Of a DNA stretch of 64,000 nt, positions 39,262-48,252 are shown piece by piece. Source of the stretch: a virus. Lineage: Duplodnaviria; Caudoviricetes. The translations under genes were made by a program, and so were the position numbers. Positions within the stretch are counted from its first letter, which is position 1; every line of letters starts with the position of its first letter. The notes beneath the pieces are model-generated. The model made no database searches and was not told the origin of the DNA. It was given only the letters and a program-made list of their open reading frames with translations. The DNA is taken from the IMG/VR virus record IMGVR_UViG_3300035492_000236; one strand, given 5' to 3'.

Positions 39262-40491
39262 TTAAATACCCAGACGGCTCAGGCTAAACCGCCCACCACC
39301 GTCACGGTCATCACGACGTCGATCGCGACGGTCATCGCGACGGTCATCGTAACGGCGGCTATTACGGTCTGACAAGTCCAGCGGTCCGCGCCGACGACTA
39401 CGACGATCGTCGTAACGATCGTCGTAACGATCATCATAGCGGTCCCGGCGATCTTCCAGGTCACGAGGGTCACGTAGCATGTCAGACACGCTTACACGAC
39501 CGCTACCACTTCGACTGTCGCGGCGTTCGTCGCGAGCGTCATCATCGCGACGGCGACGGGGCACATCCGGTTCAAACGGCGGTTCGTCATCGTCGTCTCG
39601 CTTGCGCACTGTCACGTTCGCCTGGTCGTACATCGCGGCTTCCGGTTCAATGCCTGCATTACGGCCCGTAGTTTCCAGTTTAGTGCCCTCGTTACCGGGG
39701 AGTTTCGGAATGTGGCGACGGAACTTATCCATGTCATCGTATTCGGTCAACCACTCCAGCGGCACCAGCGGTACGGGATTTACCTTGGACAACACTTCCG
39801 CGTACTTATTGTACTGTTGGACACTGTCGCGGACCACTTGCAGCAGAACATCGAGATAAGGTGTGGCGTGGTTAGAACCATGGGGGGTCAGCACAGGCTC
39901 AAACAGGCACTTCACCAGCTCCCGAATAGTGTTGGCATCCTGGACAGAGATCGGCAACCCGAACGGCTTACCACCTTCAGTTTCCAGCAGCGGAATTGAC
40001 AAGTCAGCCCGGCGCTGCACTTTGGTTCCATCAAGGTCGCTAGAACGACTGACGTACAGTTTGAGGAAGTGTTCTTTGGCGAACCGGCCTTGCAGTTTCT
40101 TCCACGCTTTGACGGTGGTTTCTTTTGCATTAGGAATCGGCAGCTTGGCGAACAGGGGATTCTTCACATCCTTGGCCAACTTGGGGTCAGCCGCCACCGT
40201 CAAGATGGCGGTGATCAGGTTACTGTACATGATCGTGGTGTGGGCTCGCCACAGCCGCAGCATAAAGTGGTAGGTTTCCGACTGACCCATCATGGCGTCT
40301 TCACACAGTGGATGAAACGGCCACACCTCGGACCAGTCATTGGCGTCCAGGTACGCTTTGGTTGGAATAACCACATCCTTGTCGCCTATTTTGTACGGTA
40401 CTTGACTGACTGGATTCAGCACCACACCAGCATCGGTCACCACCGCGCCCAGGGACTCCAGGATATCTTGATAAAACTTTTGTACTTTCAT
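39262..40491 (-). CDS. Core nucleus-block protein (phiKZ gp70-like) with Arg/Asp-rich tail
   Basis: 409 aa; the last ~110 aa are RD/RRD repeats. Lies between the PicA-like gene and the RNAP beta gene. Confidence 0.7.
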   Translation of the reverse strand: MKVQKFYQDILESLGAVVTDAGVVLNPVSQVPYKIGDKDVVIPTKAYLDANDWSEVWPFHPLCEDAMMGQSETYHFMLRLWRAHTTIMYSNLITAILTVAADPKLAKDVKNPLFAKLPIPNAKETTVKAWKKLQGRFAKEHFLKLYVSRSSDLDGTKVQRRADLSIPLLETEGGKPFGLPISVQDANTIRELVKCLFEPVLTPHGSNHATPYLDVLLQVVRDSVQQYNKYAEVLSKVNPVPLVPLEWLTEYDDMDKFRRHIPKLPGNEGTKLETTGRNAGIEPEAAMYDQANVTVRKRDDDDEPPFEPDVPRRRRDDDARDERRDSRSGSGRVSVSDMLRDPRDLEDRRDRYDDRYDDRYDDRRSRRRGPLDLSDRNSRRYDDRRDDRRDRRRDDRDGGGRFSLSRLGI

Positions 40492-40545
40492 TAGTAAGGC
40501 CTCTGAAGGTTATGGGGAGGGTGGATTCCACCCTCCATGCATTTG

Positions 40546-42108
40546 TTAACGACGGCGCCGGGACGAAGACGGCAGATCCAAGTCCAGCAGGTCGAGGCCG
40601 CTGTTACGGCGGCGGTTGGTGTCTTCTACTTTACCGTCACGAATGCGACTGGTGGTATCAATACGCCCCTTCCCACCGACGAAATCATCGATGGCTTCAT
40701 CTACTTTCTTCCGCAGGTCGACGTAGCGCTCAGCGTTGTCGTCGATGAGGCTTTTGTTGCGCGTCACTACTGGAGTCAGCATGGCGTCGGCGAATGACGG
40801 GAATACGTAAGGAACCGTGGGGTTGTCGTCGATGGAAATCTCCACGCGGGTGAAACCACCCTCCTCGGAACTCACCGACAGATCCACGTCGAAGTAGCCA
40901 TTATTACTGATGACGTTGAACACCTCGCGAATTACCCGACCTTTGAAGGTGTCAATGACTGAGATGTCATCGAAGTCTTCACCGATATAACTGGCAGAGT
41001 CCTCCAGAATGAATTGCGGTTCACGGTCGTATGTCCGCAGGTTGTTGATTCGGAACTGCACGAAGCTGAACAGACACCCTAGCATGATGATCGGAATAGC
41101 GTGACAGACTTGGGCCGCTGCCATGGTTTCCGGACTGGCCCCATACCACACTTCTGACTCAAACGAGAATATGTTGTGGGCGATGGGGGCAATCTTGGTC
41201 ACCTCATCCAAATCCTGCAAGGACCGACGGTCTGTGAAAGGTACCAGGTCACGGTACTCGAAGAAGTTATCCTCCGCGTAGTTACTCCGTGAAGCAATGG
41301 CTTTCAGGAACAGGTTACTATCCACACGTTGCGGTCGCAGGATGTCCGCCGCTTCACTTTCCCGTGACATGTCCATGATGTCGTTGGAGTAGGTTCTGAG
41401 GTTACCGAGACCCTGGCGGTCGGCCGCCACCACCTGTGCCAAGTAGCGGTTGCTGTCGTTAGAATCGCGGCGGTTCATCTCCACGCCATACTGAAAGGTA
41501 TTGCGCAGGTCAATACTGTCATCGTGCCGGCCGGTTTCTTTGTGGGTGTCTACGGTATTAAACAAGTCGTAAGGACGCATCAGGTATTCGGAACCGCCAG
41601 ACCTGCCAGTGATGTCGATGTCACCGAGCATGGTTTGTTGGGAGTCCAACACCTTGCTGGAGATATAGGTACGACCGCGGCGGTCCTTCTTCTCGATATC
41701 CCGAATAAGCACCACGCTGTTAACGTACATCTCCAAGTCAGGCGCTACGGTGTTTTCGTGCGACAAATCCACACGGTCCGTGTAACCGACCACGAACGCG
41801 CGGGTAGCAGAGTTACGGTGGCGGGCGAAGCCTTCGATTTCCACTTCCGCGATAAACCGGTAGCGATTCTCACGCCACGCCCGTCGACCAGTGCGGCCAG
41901 CAATGCCCACTTCTTCGGCTTCACTGGACAGTCGCAGTGCTTCAGAGGCAGTGCCAATAAACAGGTCAGGTGATAGGTTGCCATGGTTACTGCGAACCAG
42001 CGATTCGATCGACTGCAACACATCACCCCCAACGTTAAACTCGAAGGGGTGACGGTACTGCTCTTCCAGGTCAGCCACTTCGATCAGGGTCAGTTTAGTC
42101 AGTCTCAT
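40546..42108 (-). CDS. picA: Probable phage nuclear import factor PicA/Imp1 (phiKZ gp69-like)
   Basis: 520 aa; position directly downstream of the gp68-like RNAP subunit is conserved in Chimalliviridae. Assigned mainly on synteny and size. Confidence 0.65.
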   Translation of the reverse strand: MRLTKLTLIEVADLEEQYRHPFEFNVGGDVLQSIESLVRSNHGNLSPDLFIGTASEALRLSSEAEEVGIAGRTGRRAWRENRYRFIAEVEIEGFARHRNSATRAFVVGYTDRVDLSHENTVAPDLEMYVNSVVLIRDIEKKDRRGRTYISSKVLDSQQTMLGDIDITGRSGGSEYLMRPYDLFNTVDTHKETGRHDDSIDLRNTFQYGVEMNRRDSNDSNRYLAQVVAADRQGLGNLRTYSNDIMDMSRESEAADILRPQRVDSNLFLKAIASRSNYAEDNFFEYRDLVPFTDRRSLQDLDEVTKIAPIAHNIFSFESEVWYGASPETMAAAQVCHAIPIIMLGCLFSFVQFRINNLRTYDREPQFILEDSASYIGEDFDDISVIDTFKGRVIREVFNVISNNGYFDVDLSVSSEEGGFTRVEISIDDNPTVPYVFPSFADAMLTPVVTRNKSLIDDNAERYVDLRKKVDEAIDDFVGGKGRIDTTSRIRDGKVEDTNRRRNSGLDLLDLDLPSSSRRRR

Positions 42109-42132
42109 TGATGATCTCCAATTACTACGATG

Positions 42133-43728
42133 TTAACGGTTGCGATTTAGTTTAATCAGGAGTTCTGCCAGGTCACACTTTAATGTGCTGGCCGGTTTAA
42201 AAGTGCCAAAGTCTTGTTGGAGGTGCTCGGCTACTTTCTTACTGCAATGCAGTTCCCATTGACGGTCCGCGTAGAGCTTAGCGAACTCACCAATGGCCAC
42301 GAATCCAGGACACAGTGCTTTCGGATCAGACGAGTCCCGTGTGTGGCGGTAGTACGGATAAATCTCCCGCAACTTCTCCCGCAAGTCTAGCGACGGGGTT
42401 TCAAACGGGGTGGCGATGATCGGTGCGTAGTAATCCGTTTCCACCGGTCTAGCGCTGAGCAATGGCGCCAGGGCACGAAACCGCCAGTGGATCAACGCTG
42501 CCTGTGTTAGACCCATGGCATTGATCATGGCTTCTCGATCAATGTAGGGGATTGCCCGCGGCATGATGAGGTTACCCAACACCCACTGCACTGCCGCCAC
42601 GTGGTCCGGCCGGATAGGACGAGGCGAATACTCGTGAAACGACTCGATGCAGGTTTTTACCAACGACGAAGGGATGGTCTCATCCAACTGCCGGCGCACT
42701 TTACGGTAGTCGTAAAGATACACTTGGTTGGTCAGATATACGTCGTCGCTGACAGACTGCCTAACCGAGTACGTTTCAAGGTACCCAATCTTATCTTCGT
42801 CGGCGCCACCGCCACGACTCACCCGCTCGCGCAGCGGTTGGAATTTATCGCCTAGCTTGCTGGCTTCCGACTCCACCCGAGTGTAGATGGTGGAGATAAG
42901 GTTGCCGCGGTCTGCGAAGGCGTTGATTTCCCGGATGGCTAGTTTGTCAATAATAGCTGTCGCAAACAAGTAATACGGGATGTCTGCCGAACCGAAGCCT
43001 GCTACCACCGACCCCAGACTTTCATGCGCTTTGACTTTGTGACACACCGCTTCCACGAACTCAAACAGCCGCTCAGTGGCCGGGTGCTTAATCAGTTCCG
43101 TCTTGCGCAGAGTCCGCAGCAAGTCGTATTCAAAGAACGCCTTGCGTTTGGTGTCGGTACTGTTATTACACCGCAGTGCTTTCATCCAGATCGGATACAC
43201 TGAACGGAAGATCACCGCCAACACTGCTAAGTCGAAGTATTCATGTGTCAGGTACGTGGTCACTCGGTCTTTGGAGTTGTACTGACTCTCGAACTTATCC
43301 TTGACCGTGTCCGGATAGTCGATGTGCTGGGTTTTCATGAACTCAGCCACTGCATCGAAGGGATGGTATTTGTCCACGACGGTGCGCACCACCTCTTCCA
43401 GCATCGCAGCCCGCTCTGCCGGATTGGGGATGGCAGGGTAATCTTCCACCACCCGCTCATACAGCTCAAACAGCTCGCGTCTACTTTGCGCAGGTAAGGT
43501 AGCCCAGTACCCATTCAGCTCTTTGAAGATGGCTTCCGTATACTGTTTGCGGATACTGTCAAACGACTTTCGTTCTTTTGCCGTGAGGTTCTGTCGGTTC
43601 AAGTTAGGTTTGAACTTCTCGAAATCGAGCACGTCTTCTCTGGCGGTTGGGTCCTTCGGCTCAAAGTCCGACTTCTCCAACTTCACACATAGCGTCCGTT
43701 GTTCGTCGGCCTCTACATAAATGATCAT
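42133..43728 (-). CDS. Non-virion RNAP promoter-specificity (sigma-like) subunit (phiKZ gp68-like)
   Basis: 531 aa helical protein; DEDKIGYLETYSVRQ resembles the gp68 family; synteny. Confidence 0.7.
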   Translation of the reverse strand: MIIYVEADEQRTLCVKLEKSDFEPKDPTAREDVLDFEKFKPNLNRQNLTAKERKSFDSIRKQYTEAIFKELNGYWATLPAQSRRELFELYERVVEDYPAIPNPAERAAMLEEVVRTVVDKYHPFDAVAEFMKTQHIDYPDTVKDKFESQYNSKDRVTTYLTHEYFDLAVLAVIFRSVYPIWMKALRCNNSTDTKRKAFFEYDLLRTLRKTELIKHPATERLFEFVEAVCHKVKAHESLGSVVAGFGSADIPYYLFATAIIDKLAIREINAFADRGNLISTIYTRVESEASKLGDKFQPLRERVSRGGGADEDKIGYLETYSVRQSVSDDVYLTNQVYLYDYRKVRRQLDETIPSSLVKTCIESFHEYSPRPIRPDHVAAVQWVLGNLIMPRAIPYIDREAMINAMGLTQAALIHWRFRALAPLLSARPVETDYYAPIIATPFETPSLDLREKLREIYPYYRHTRDSSDPKALCPGFVAIGEFAKLYADRQWELHCSKKVAEHLQQDFGTFKPASTLKCDLAELLIKLNRNR

Positions 43729-43750
43729 ACTGACCTCCTTTGTTCGCTAT

Positions 43751-43763
43751 GATAAAATATACT
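43751..43763 (-). promoter_or_regulatory. Candidate early promoter AGTATATTTTATC
   Basis: Intergenic, 23 nt upstream of the gp68-like start. Confidence 0.55.
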
Positions 43764-43807
43764 TGAAAGTTTTTAGACGGGCCATCAGCCCGCCTAAAAA
43801 ACTGAAG

Positions 43808-44449
43808 TTAGATGTTGATGAAGTCGTCGAAGTCTCCGTCAGCCGCCGGCGGACGATTGTTGTTACTATTGAAGTTATTGCCGCCGCCGCCGTAGTTGCG
43901 GTTACCGCCACCATTACCGCCGTAGCTCTTATTACCGCCAAAGCCTTTATTGGTGTCCTGACGCTGTTCTGGCATATAGTTCTTTTCCCACTCGCGAGCA
44001 ACGATTTCGCCTACGCGATTCACCCAGTTAATGGCGCGGCGGCGAGACATCTCAGATTCCGGCATCGGCTGTCCATTGAGAGCGTGTGCGTATTGTTTCA
44101 GTGGCAGGAATTCAAACCGCACTGCCGGAGTGTCGGGTGAGCCCAGCGCCAGGAATACCAGGCCATCGTTATCGCGACCAACCATGACTGTGGAGACCAC
44201 TTGATCACGCTTCTTACAGGCGATATCATGGCGATAGGTCTCTTTGGATGCGGCTGCCATTTTAACCGACGCCAACAGGTCATCCCAGGCATCGATGGTC
44301 AGGTCGGCATTGATCCACTTTTCGCCGCTACGAGCAGACAGCGACACCCGGTTAAACCGGTTCGGGTTGATTTGCAGACGGCCGGAACGGCCAGAGCCGT
44401 CGGGGCGAGTGCCGAGCTGGAGTGAGCGTTCTTTGAGTACTTCAGACAT
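43808..44449 (-). CDS. Probable nucleus-associated RNA-binding protein (ChmC / phiKZ gp67-like)
   Basis: 213 aa beta-rich domain plus a Gly/Asn/aromatic low-complexity tail (GFGGNKSYGGNGGGNRNYGGGG) and an acidic end; directly upstream of the gp68-like gene. Confidence 0.6.
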   Translation of the reverse strand: MSEVLKERSLQLGTRPDGSGRSGRLQINPNRFNRVSLSARSGEKWINADLTIDAWDDLLASVKMAAASKETYRHDIACKKRDQVVSTVMVGRDNDGLVFLALGSPDTPAVRFEFLPLKQYAHALNGQPMPESEMSRRRAINWVNRVGEIVAREWEKNYMPEQRQDTNKGFGGNKSYGGNGGGNRNYGGGGNNFNSNNNRPPAADGDFDDFINI

Positions 44450-44521
44450 GGTCTTTATCCTTAGATTTTTGTACGTACATACTGATACGTGTAGAGTAAA
44501 AAATAACGCCAGGCCCCGTCA

Positions 44522-45343
44522 TTACTGGTACTGGCGGAGAAATGCAAGGAGATGCGGTTCGTGTTCCAAGCTCACATCCTGCATGATTTTGCTAACGGTG
44601 GTGAGGGGATGCCAGTGTCGTTTCTCACTGATGTTGAGCAGCGCCTTGCGGATTTTCAATGGCTGTGGGCTGAAAGTGCTACTATCGCCGAAGATCTGCA
44701 ACATCATCAGGTTGAATGGGATCACGGGACCGTCTCGCTTCACGTTGAGTTTGGTCCACCATTGTTTCGGACCTTTTAAAGCGCCAGTATGCGACTCCAG
44801 TAGTTTGAGGTCGGGGAATTTTGACGAAGACACCATATCCAAAGGTAGGTGCGTCACGAGGACGCACCGTTTGCTCCCACTGAGCTCTCGTTTGAATACT
44901 TTTAGGGTGTCTTTATGTTCAGCCATGAAGTGGCGAATAACGTCTTTTTCCAAAGCCTCATAGACCATCTGCTTACCGGTGGTACTATTTTTGAAGTTTG
45001 CATGTGGCAGTTGCTTACTGATACCTTCATAGGTACATAAGTAAAGGTCCACTTCACATTGCGGGTTGTGGGTCTGGATGGCGATACTCGCAGCATCCCA
45101 GTCATCCTCTACGGTTTGAATCAACACCTCCGAGGTCAACATGGTCTGATCGTCCCGCTCAAACGCATTGTGAGCGTTACGTATCAAGGTGCGCAGGTTA
45201 AACCAAACGCTCTCGAAATCATTAATGGGTGGCCGACCTTTAAGGTCGGCTCGCTCACCGGTATGGGCTGCACCCTCGATCGCCAACGAGGTACCGATTG
45301 AACACTGATACAGCCCCACCGTTCTGTCTAACGGATCTGCCAT
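44522..45343 (-). CDS. Conserved protein, possibly degenerate PIN/FEN-like nuclease (phiKZ gp66-like by synteny)
   Basis: 273 aa. WFNLRTLIRN and LVTHLPLD resemble the 5'-nuclease pattern with substituted acidic residues (inference). Confidence 0.5.
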   Translation of the reverse strand: MADPLDRTVGLYQCSIGTSLAIEGAAHTGERADLKGRPPINDFESVWFNLRTLIRNAHNAFERDDQTMLTSEVLIQTVEDDWDAASIAIQTHNPQCEVDLYLCTYEGISKQLPHANFKNSTTGKQMVYEALEKDVIRHFMAEHKDTLKVFKRELSGSKRCVLVTHLPLDMVSSSKFPDLKLLESHTGALKGPKQWWTKLNVKRDGPVIPFNLMMLQIFGDSSTFSPQPLKIRKALLNISEKRHWHPLTTVSKIMQDVSLEHEPHLLAFLRQYQ

Positions 45344-46537
45344 TTACGCCACCATATCTTGGATGTATTGGATTTCATTCAACAAGGCAGACATGTCCGA
45401 CGGGACTTCGTCGCCCAACTCCCGTAAGATAATCCCCTCGATGTTCTCGGCGGTGATGTTGATGGTCTCACCTTTCAGGTGGAATGACTCATCTGCACCC
45501 ATCGTCAAATGCTTTCCGTCGCTAATGCGCTCACTTTCAATGACGATAGTCGGGTACTGCGCCCGCCACTCTTTCAATACCGCACCGATGTCATACTCAG
45601 CCGAGTACTGAACTCGCAACCGACCTACTGTGAACTCGTCCCCAAGTTCACCAAATCTGGCAAGTTGCGCCTCGACGTTGTTGATCAGTGTCACATCGTC
45701 AAGTCCTTCACCATTAACGGTGATATACTTCATTGCGTGTATGTTTTCAACGTGGTAGTTGTGTACATGATTGGCGACGATGTCAACCACCAGAAACCCT
45801 TTCCTTTCCTCTTCACCGTGAGCCAGCCGCTCGAACGAACTGGGCACCACGATGTTGTAATGGTGCTTGAACCTATGATCGTGACCGATGTAAATGCCAT
45901 AACGTGACCACTGGCTCCATTCGTCTTCGTTAAAGGTAGATACGGACTTTGCTGCCGCCTTTGGTATTTGGAATCCGAACATGCCATGCATGATCAACAA
46001 ATCCACCTGGTCGTACCCATGAGTAGCCATCAATTCCCGCCACTCATGGGTAATCTGGTCACAGTGCTCGCGACATTCGTCAGGCACGTAACCAATCACC
46101 ATCCCCAAAGACTTATCGTCCACAATTGACAAATCATCGATGTATTGCAGATCAGCCTTAATTTCCCGCTGTTGGTTTTTCTCATGCAGGTGTCGTGGCT
46201 GCTCCCAATCATGACTGGGCGTGCCTTCCAGCACACGAATGGCAGTTTTGGTTGAGACTGCCAGCTTCAGCAAGCGATCCATCCAATCAAAGATTAATTC
46301 AGAGTCTCTTGAGGCCAGCGTCACGATATCGTCGAATAGATCCCCCGAGATGAACAGGCAGTCCAGCTGGGCCATAAATGACGCACGGGTCACATAACGA
46401 TTCAGGTTATCAATGATGTACCTGGTTGCGGTGCGCCGATGGCCCAGATGTACATCGCTGATAACGGCAAACCGAAAAGCGTCCTTTGGGCGCAGGGGTA
46501 GCTCTTCGTATACTACCGTATCAACAGTAAAGGTCAT
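45344..46537 (-). CDS. sbcD: SbcD/Mre11-like metallophosphoesterase nuclease
   Basis: 397 aa with calcineurin-like motifs ISDVHLGH, SGDLFD, EGTPSHD, MHG and GHDH. Confidence 0.88.
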   Translation of the reverse strand: MTFTVDTVVYEELPLRPKDAFRFAVISDVHLGHRRTATRYIIDNLNRYVTRASFMAQLDCLFISGDLFDDIVTLASRDSELIFDWMDRLLKLAVSTKTAIRVLEGTPSHDWEQPRHLHEKNQQREIKADLQYIDDLSIVDDKSLGMVIGYVPDECREHCDQITHEWRELMATHGYDQVDLLIMHGMFGFQIPKAAAKSVSTFNEDEWSQWSRYGIYIGHDHRFKHHYNIVVPSSFERLAHGEEERKGFLVVDIVANHVHNYHVENIHAMKYITVNGEGLDDVTLINNVEAQLARFGELGDEFTVGRLRVQYSAEYDIGAVLKEWRAQYPTIVIESERISDGKHLTMGADESFHLKGETINITAENIEGIILRELGDEVPSDMSALLNEIQYIQDMVA

Positions 46538-47079
46538 GCCAAATCATATCCTATAATTTCGGGTTCATCGATGGCAGGCTTTGGAGCGTCTGCCGTTTGT
46601 TCGGTCTCGATCAACGGCAGCGAATGGTCACGGAACACTTGATTCAATGCAGTGACGATACGCTCCCGGTATTTTGGCAGTTGTCCTTCGACTGGCCGCA
46701 ACAGGGAAAGGTGATCGTAAAGCTGCTGGTCAGCAGCACCGGGCGCCTCTTGCCGGATAATTGCGGCATGATCAGCCACCCTGGCCAGTTTGAACTCTTC
46801 CACTTCTTGCAGGTCAGTGTGTCCCAGCAAGGCGGGGATCCGGTATTTCTCCTCGCCGGTGATGTCGTCTACCACAGAAACTTCCTGCGACGGATGGCCA
46901 GAAATCCGAATCCAGTTCTGTGCGTTGAAATCGCCTGACTGAACGGTAGCCAACACCGGCAGGCCATAAGTCAGGAAGTCGCTATACGACATCGCTACCA
47001 CGTTGACGTCCTGCGACAAAACCCGTTCGGCGTCGGCCAATTCGGCCATTACCATTCTGCGCTGTACTTCAGAAACCAT
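46534..47079 (-). CDS. Conserved hypothetical protein
   Basis: 181 aa, RBS GGAG, ATGA overlap with the nuclease gene. Confidence 0.7.
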   Translation of the reverse strand: MVSEVQRRMVMAELADAERVLSQDVNVVAMSYSDFLTYGLPVLATVQSGDFNAQNWIRISGHPSQEVSVVDDITGEEKYRIPALLGHTDLQEVEEFKLARVADHAAIIRQEAPGAADQQLYDHLSLLRPVEGQLPKYRERIVTALNQVFRDHSLPLIETEQTADAPKPAIDEPEIIGYDLA

Positions 47080-47132
47080 AACAAACTCTCCTCAGATTAG
47101 GATGCAACATACCATCATGCTGGCAGTAAAAA

Positions 47133-47534
47133 TTAACCTCGCAACACTTCCACTCGACGATACTTGACATAATCAGAGTCGATCCGCGTCAAGGTCTGCG
47201 CCGCGTTATATTGCTTGCCATTATCTGTCACCACCACTTCGATCTCCAGGTTGTGACGGCCACTGTCGTCGATAGCATGCGCCTCCACGGTGACTGTAGC
47301 ACCTTCTGGGAAATTGTTGGTAAAAACAAACGTCAGGTCTTTGGCCACTATCCGAGCCAATTGATCCATGGAGTCGCCGGCCCTGAAAATGGCAGACTGG
47401 AGCGACACCACATGACCGTTGTAGCGCAGGGTCTGAGATGGGTTGGTGTTGGTGTAGTACAGGATGATGCGATCTATTCGCTCCTCGGGAGTTTTAACCC
47501 ACCCGGAAAGCGTAAAGGTTGGAACCACACGCAT
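47133..47534 (-). CDS. Small conserved protein, possibly T4 gp25-like baseplate/sheath initiator
   Basis: 133 aa, RBS GGAGG; helix-helix-strand-strand pattern like gp25-family proteins (inference). Confidence 0.5.
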   Translation of the reverse strand: MRVVPTFTLSGWVKTPEERIDRIILYYTNTNPSQTLRYNGHVVSLQSAIFRAGDSMDQLARIVAKDLTFVFTNNFPEGATVTVEAHAIDDSGRHNLEIEVVVTDNGKQYNAAQTLTRIDSDYVKYRRVEVLRG

Positions 47535-47553
47535 AGATTACCTCCACAGTTGC

Positions 47554-47597
47554 AAAAAAAAAAGACGGCAGTGAGAGGGCCGAAACCCCCTCACTGT
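47554..47597 (-). terminator. Intrinsic terminator
   Basis: Minus strand CAGTGAGGGGG-TTTCG-GCCCTCTCACTG, then CCGTC and a T10 run. Confidence 0.8.
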
Positions 47598-47634
47598 AGT
47601 TATGTCTGAATAGAGTATGTCGACATTTACCCCA

Positions 47635-48252
47635 CTACAGACTTGCGTTGTATTGTGATGTCGGATCGTCTACCATGTTCCAGATTGCCTGCTCTGCTGC
47701 GGCCCACGAGATCTCGATATCGAGCTTGTCGGCACTGCTGAGTTCGGCTTGTTCTTCCTTGGTAAGGTAGTAAGTGACCGCACGATAACCGTCGTCATCT
47801 TTGCGCGTTACCCCACTTCTTACCATCCGGTACACGTCATGCGTATCGCCAATGGCGTTACGGTTCACGGCGTCCTGATCATAATCATCACGATACCCCT
47901 CTAGCTGGCGACGTTGCCACAGTGAGCGAACTTTTCGGTTAGCCATAAGATACCGCTGCATGGCGCGTGGTGCATGTTGCAGACCACCAATGTCCAACAA
48001 CTGCTGCACTTTGTCAATCCTGCCACGATTCTTCAAGCGACGGGTAGTTGCCAATGTTGCACGGTAGGCGCGGGAGTCTTCCAGACGACGGCGCACGTCG
48101 CGTGCTCGTTCCAGAAAGCTGTCGGTAAACCTACTACTCACTCGCTCATCGTTCAACTGTTCATCGAGGTAGCGCTCCATCAACCGCGTGGGGCGCGAAT
48201 ACAGGAAATCCCGTATTCCTCCTTCATCATATCCTGATATAATCTCAGCCAT
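47635..48252 (-). CDS. Conserved hypothetical protein downstream of nvRNAP beta-prime N subunit
   Basis: Start reassigned to MAEIISGY (48252), RBS AGGAGG, overlapping the RNAP gene stop. Confidence 0.7.
   Translation of the reverse strand: MAEIISGYDEGGIRDFLYSRPTRLMERYLDEQLNDERVSSRFTDSFLERARDVRRRLEDSRAYRATLATTRRLKNRGRIDKVQQLLDIGGLQHAPRAMQRYLMANRKVRSLWQRRQLEGYRDDYDQDAVNRNAIGDTHDVYRMVRSGVTRKDDDGYRAVTYYLTKEEQAELSSADKLDIEISWAAAEQAIWNMVDDPTSQYNASL

Noticed and set aside
39300-39460. Short tandem repeats (ACGATCGTCGTA and related), considered as CRISPR-like or VNTR
   Set aside because: They encode the RYDD/RRDD protein tail; there are no spacers and no cas genes.
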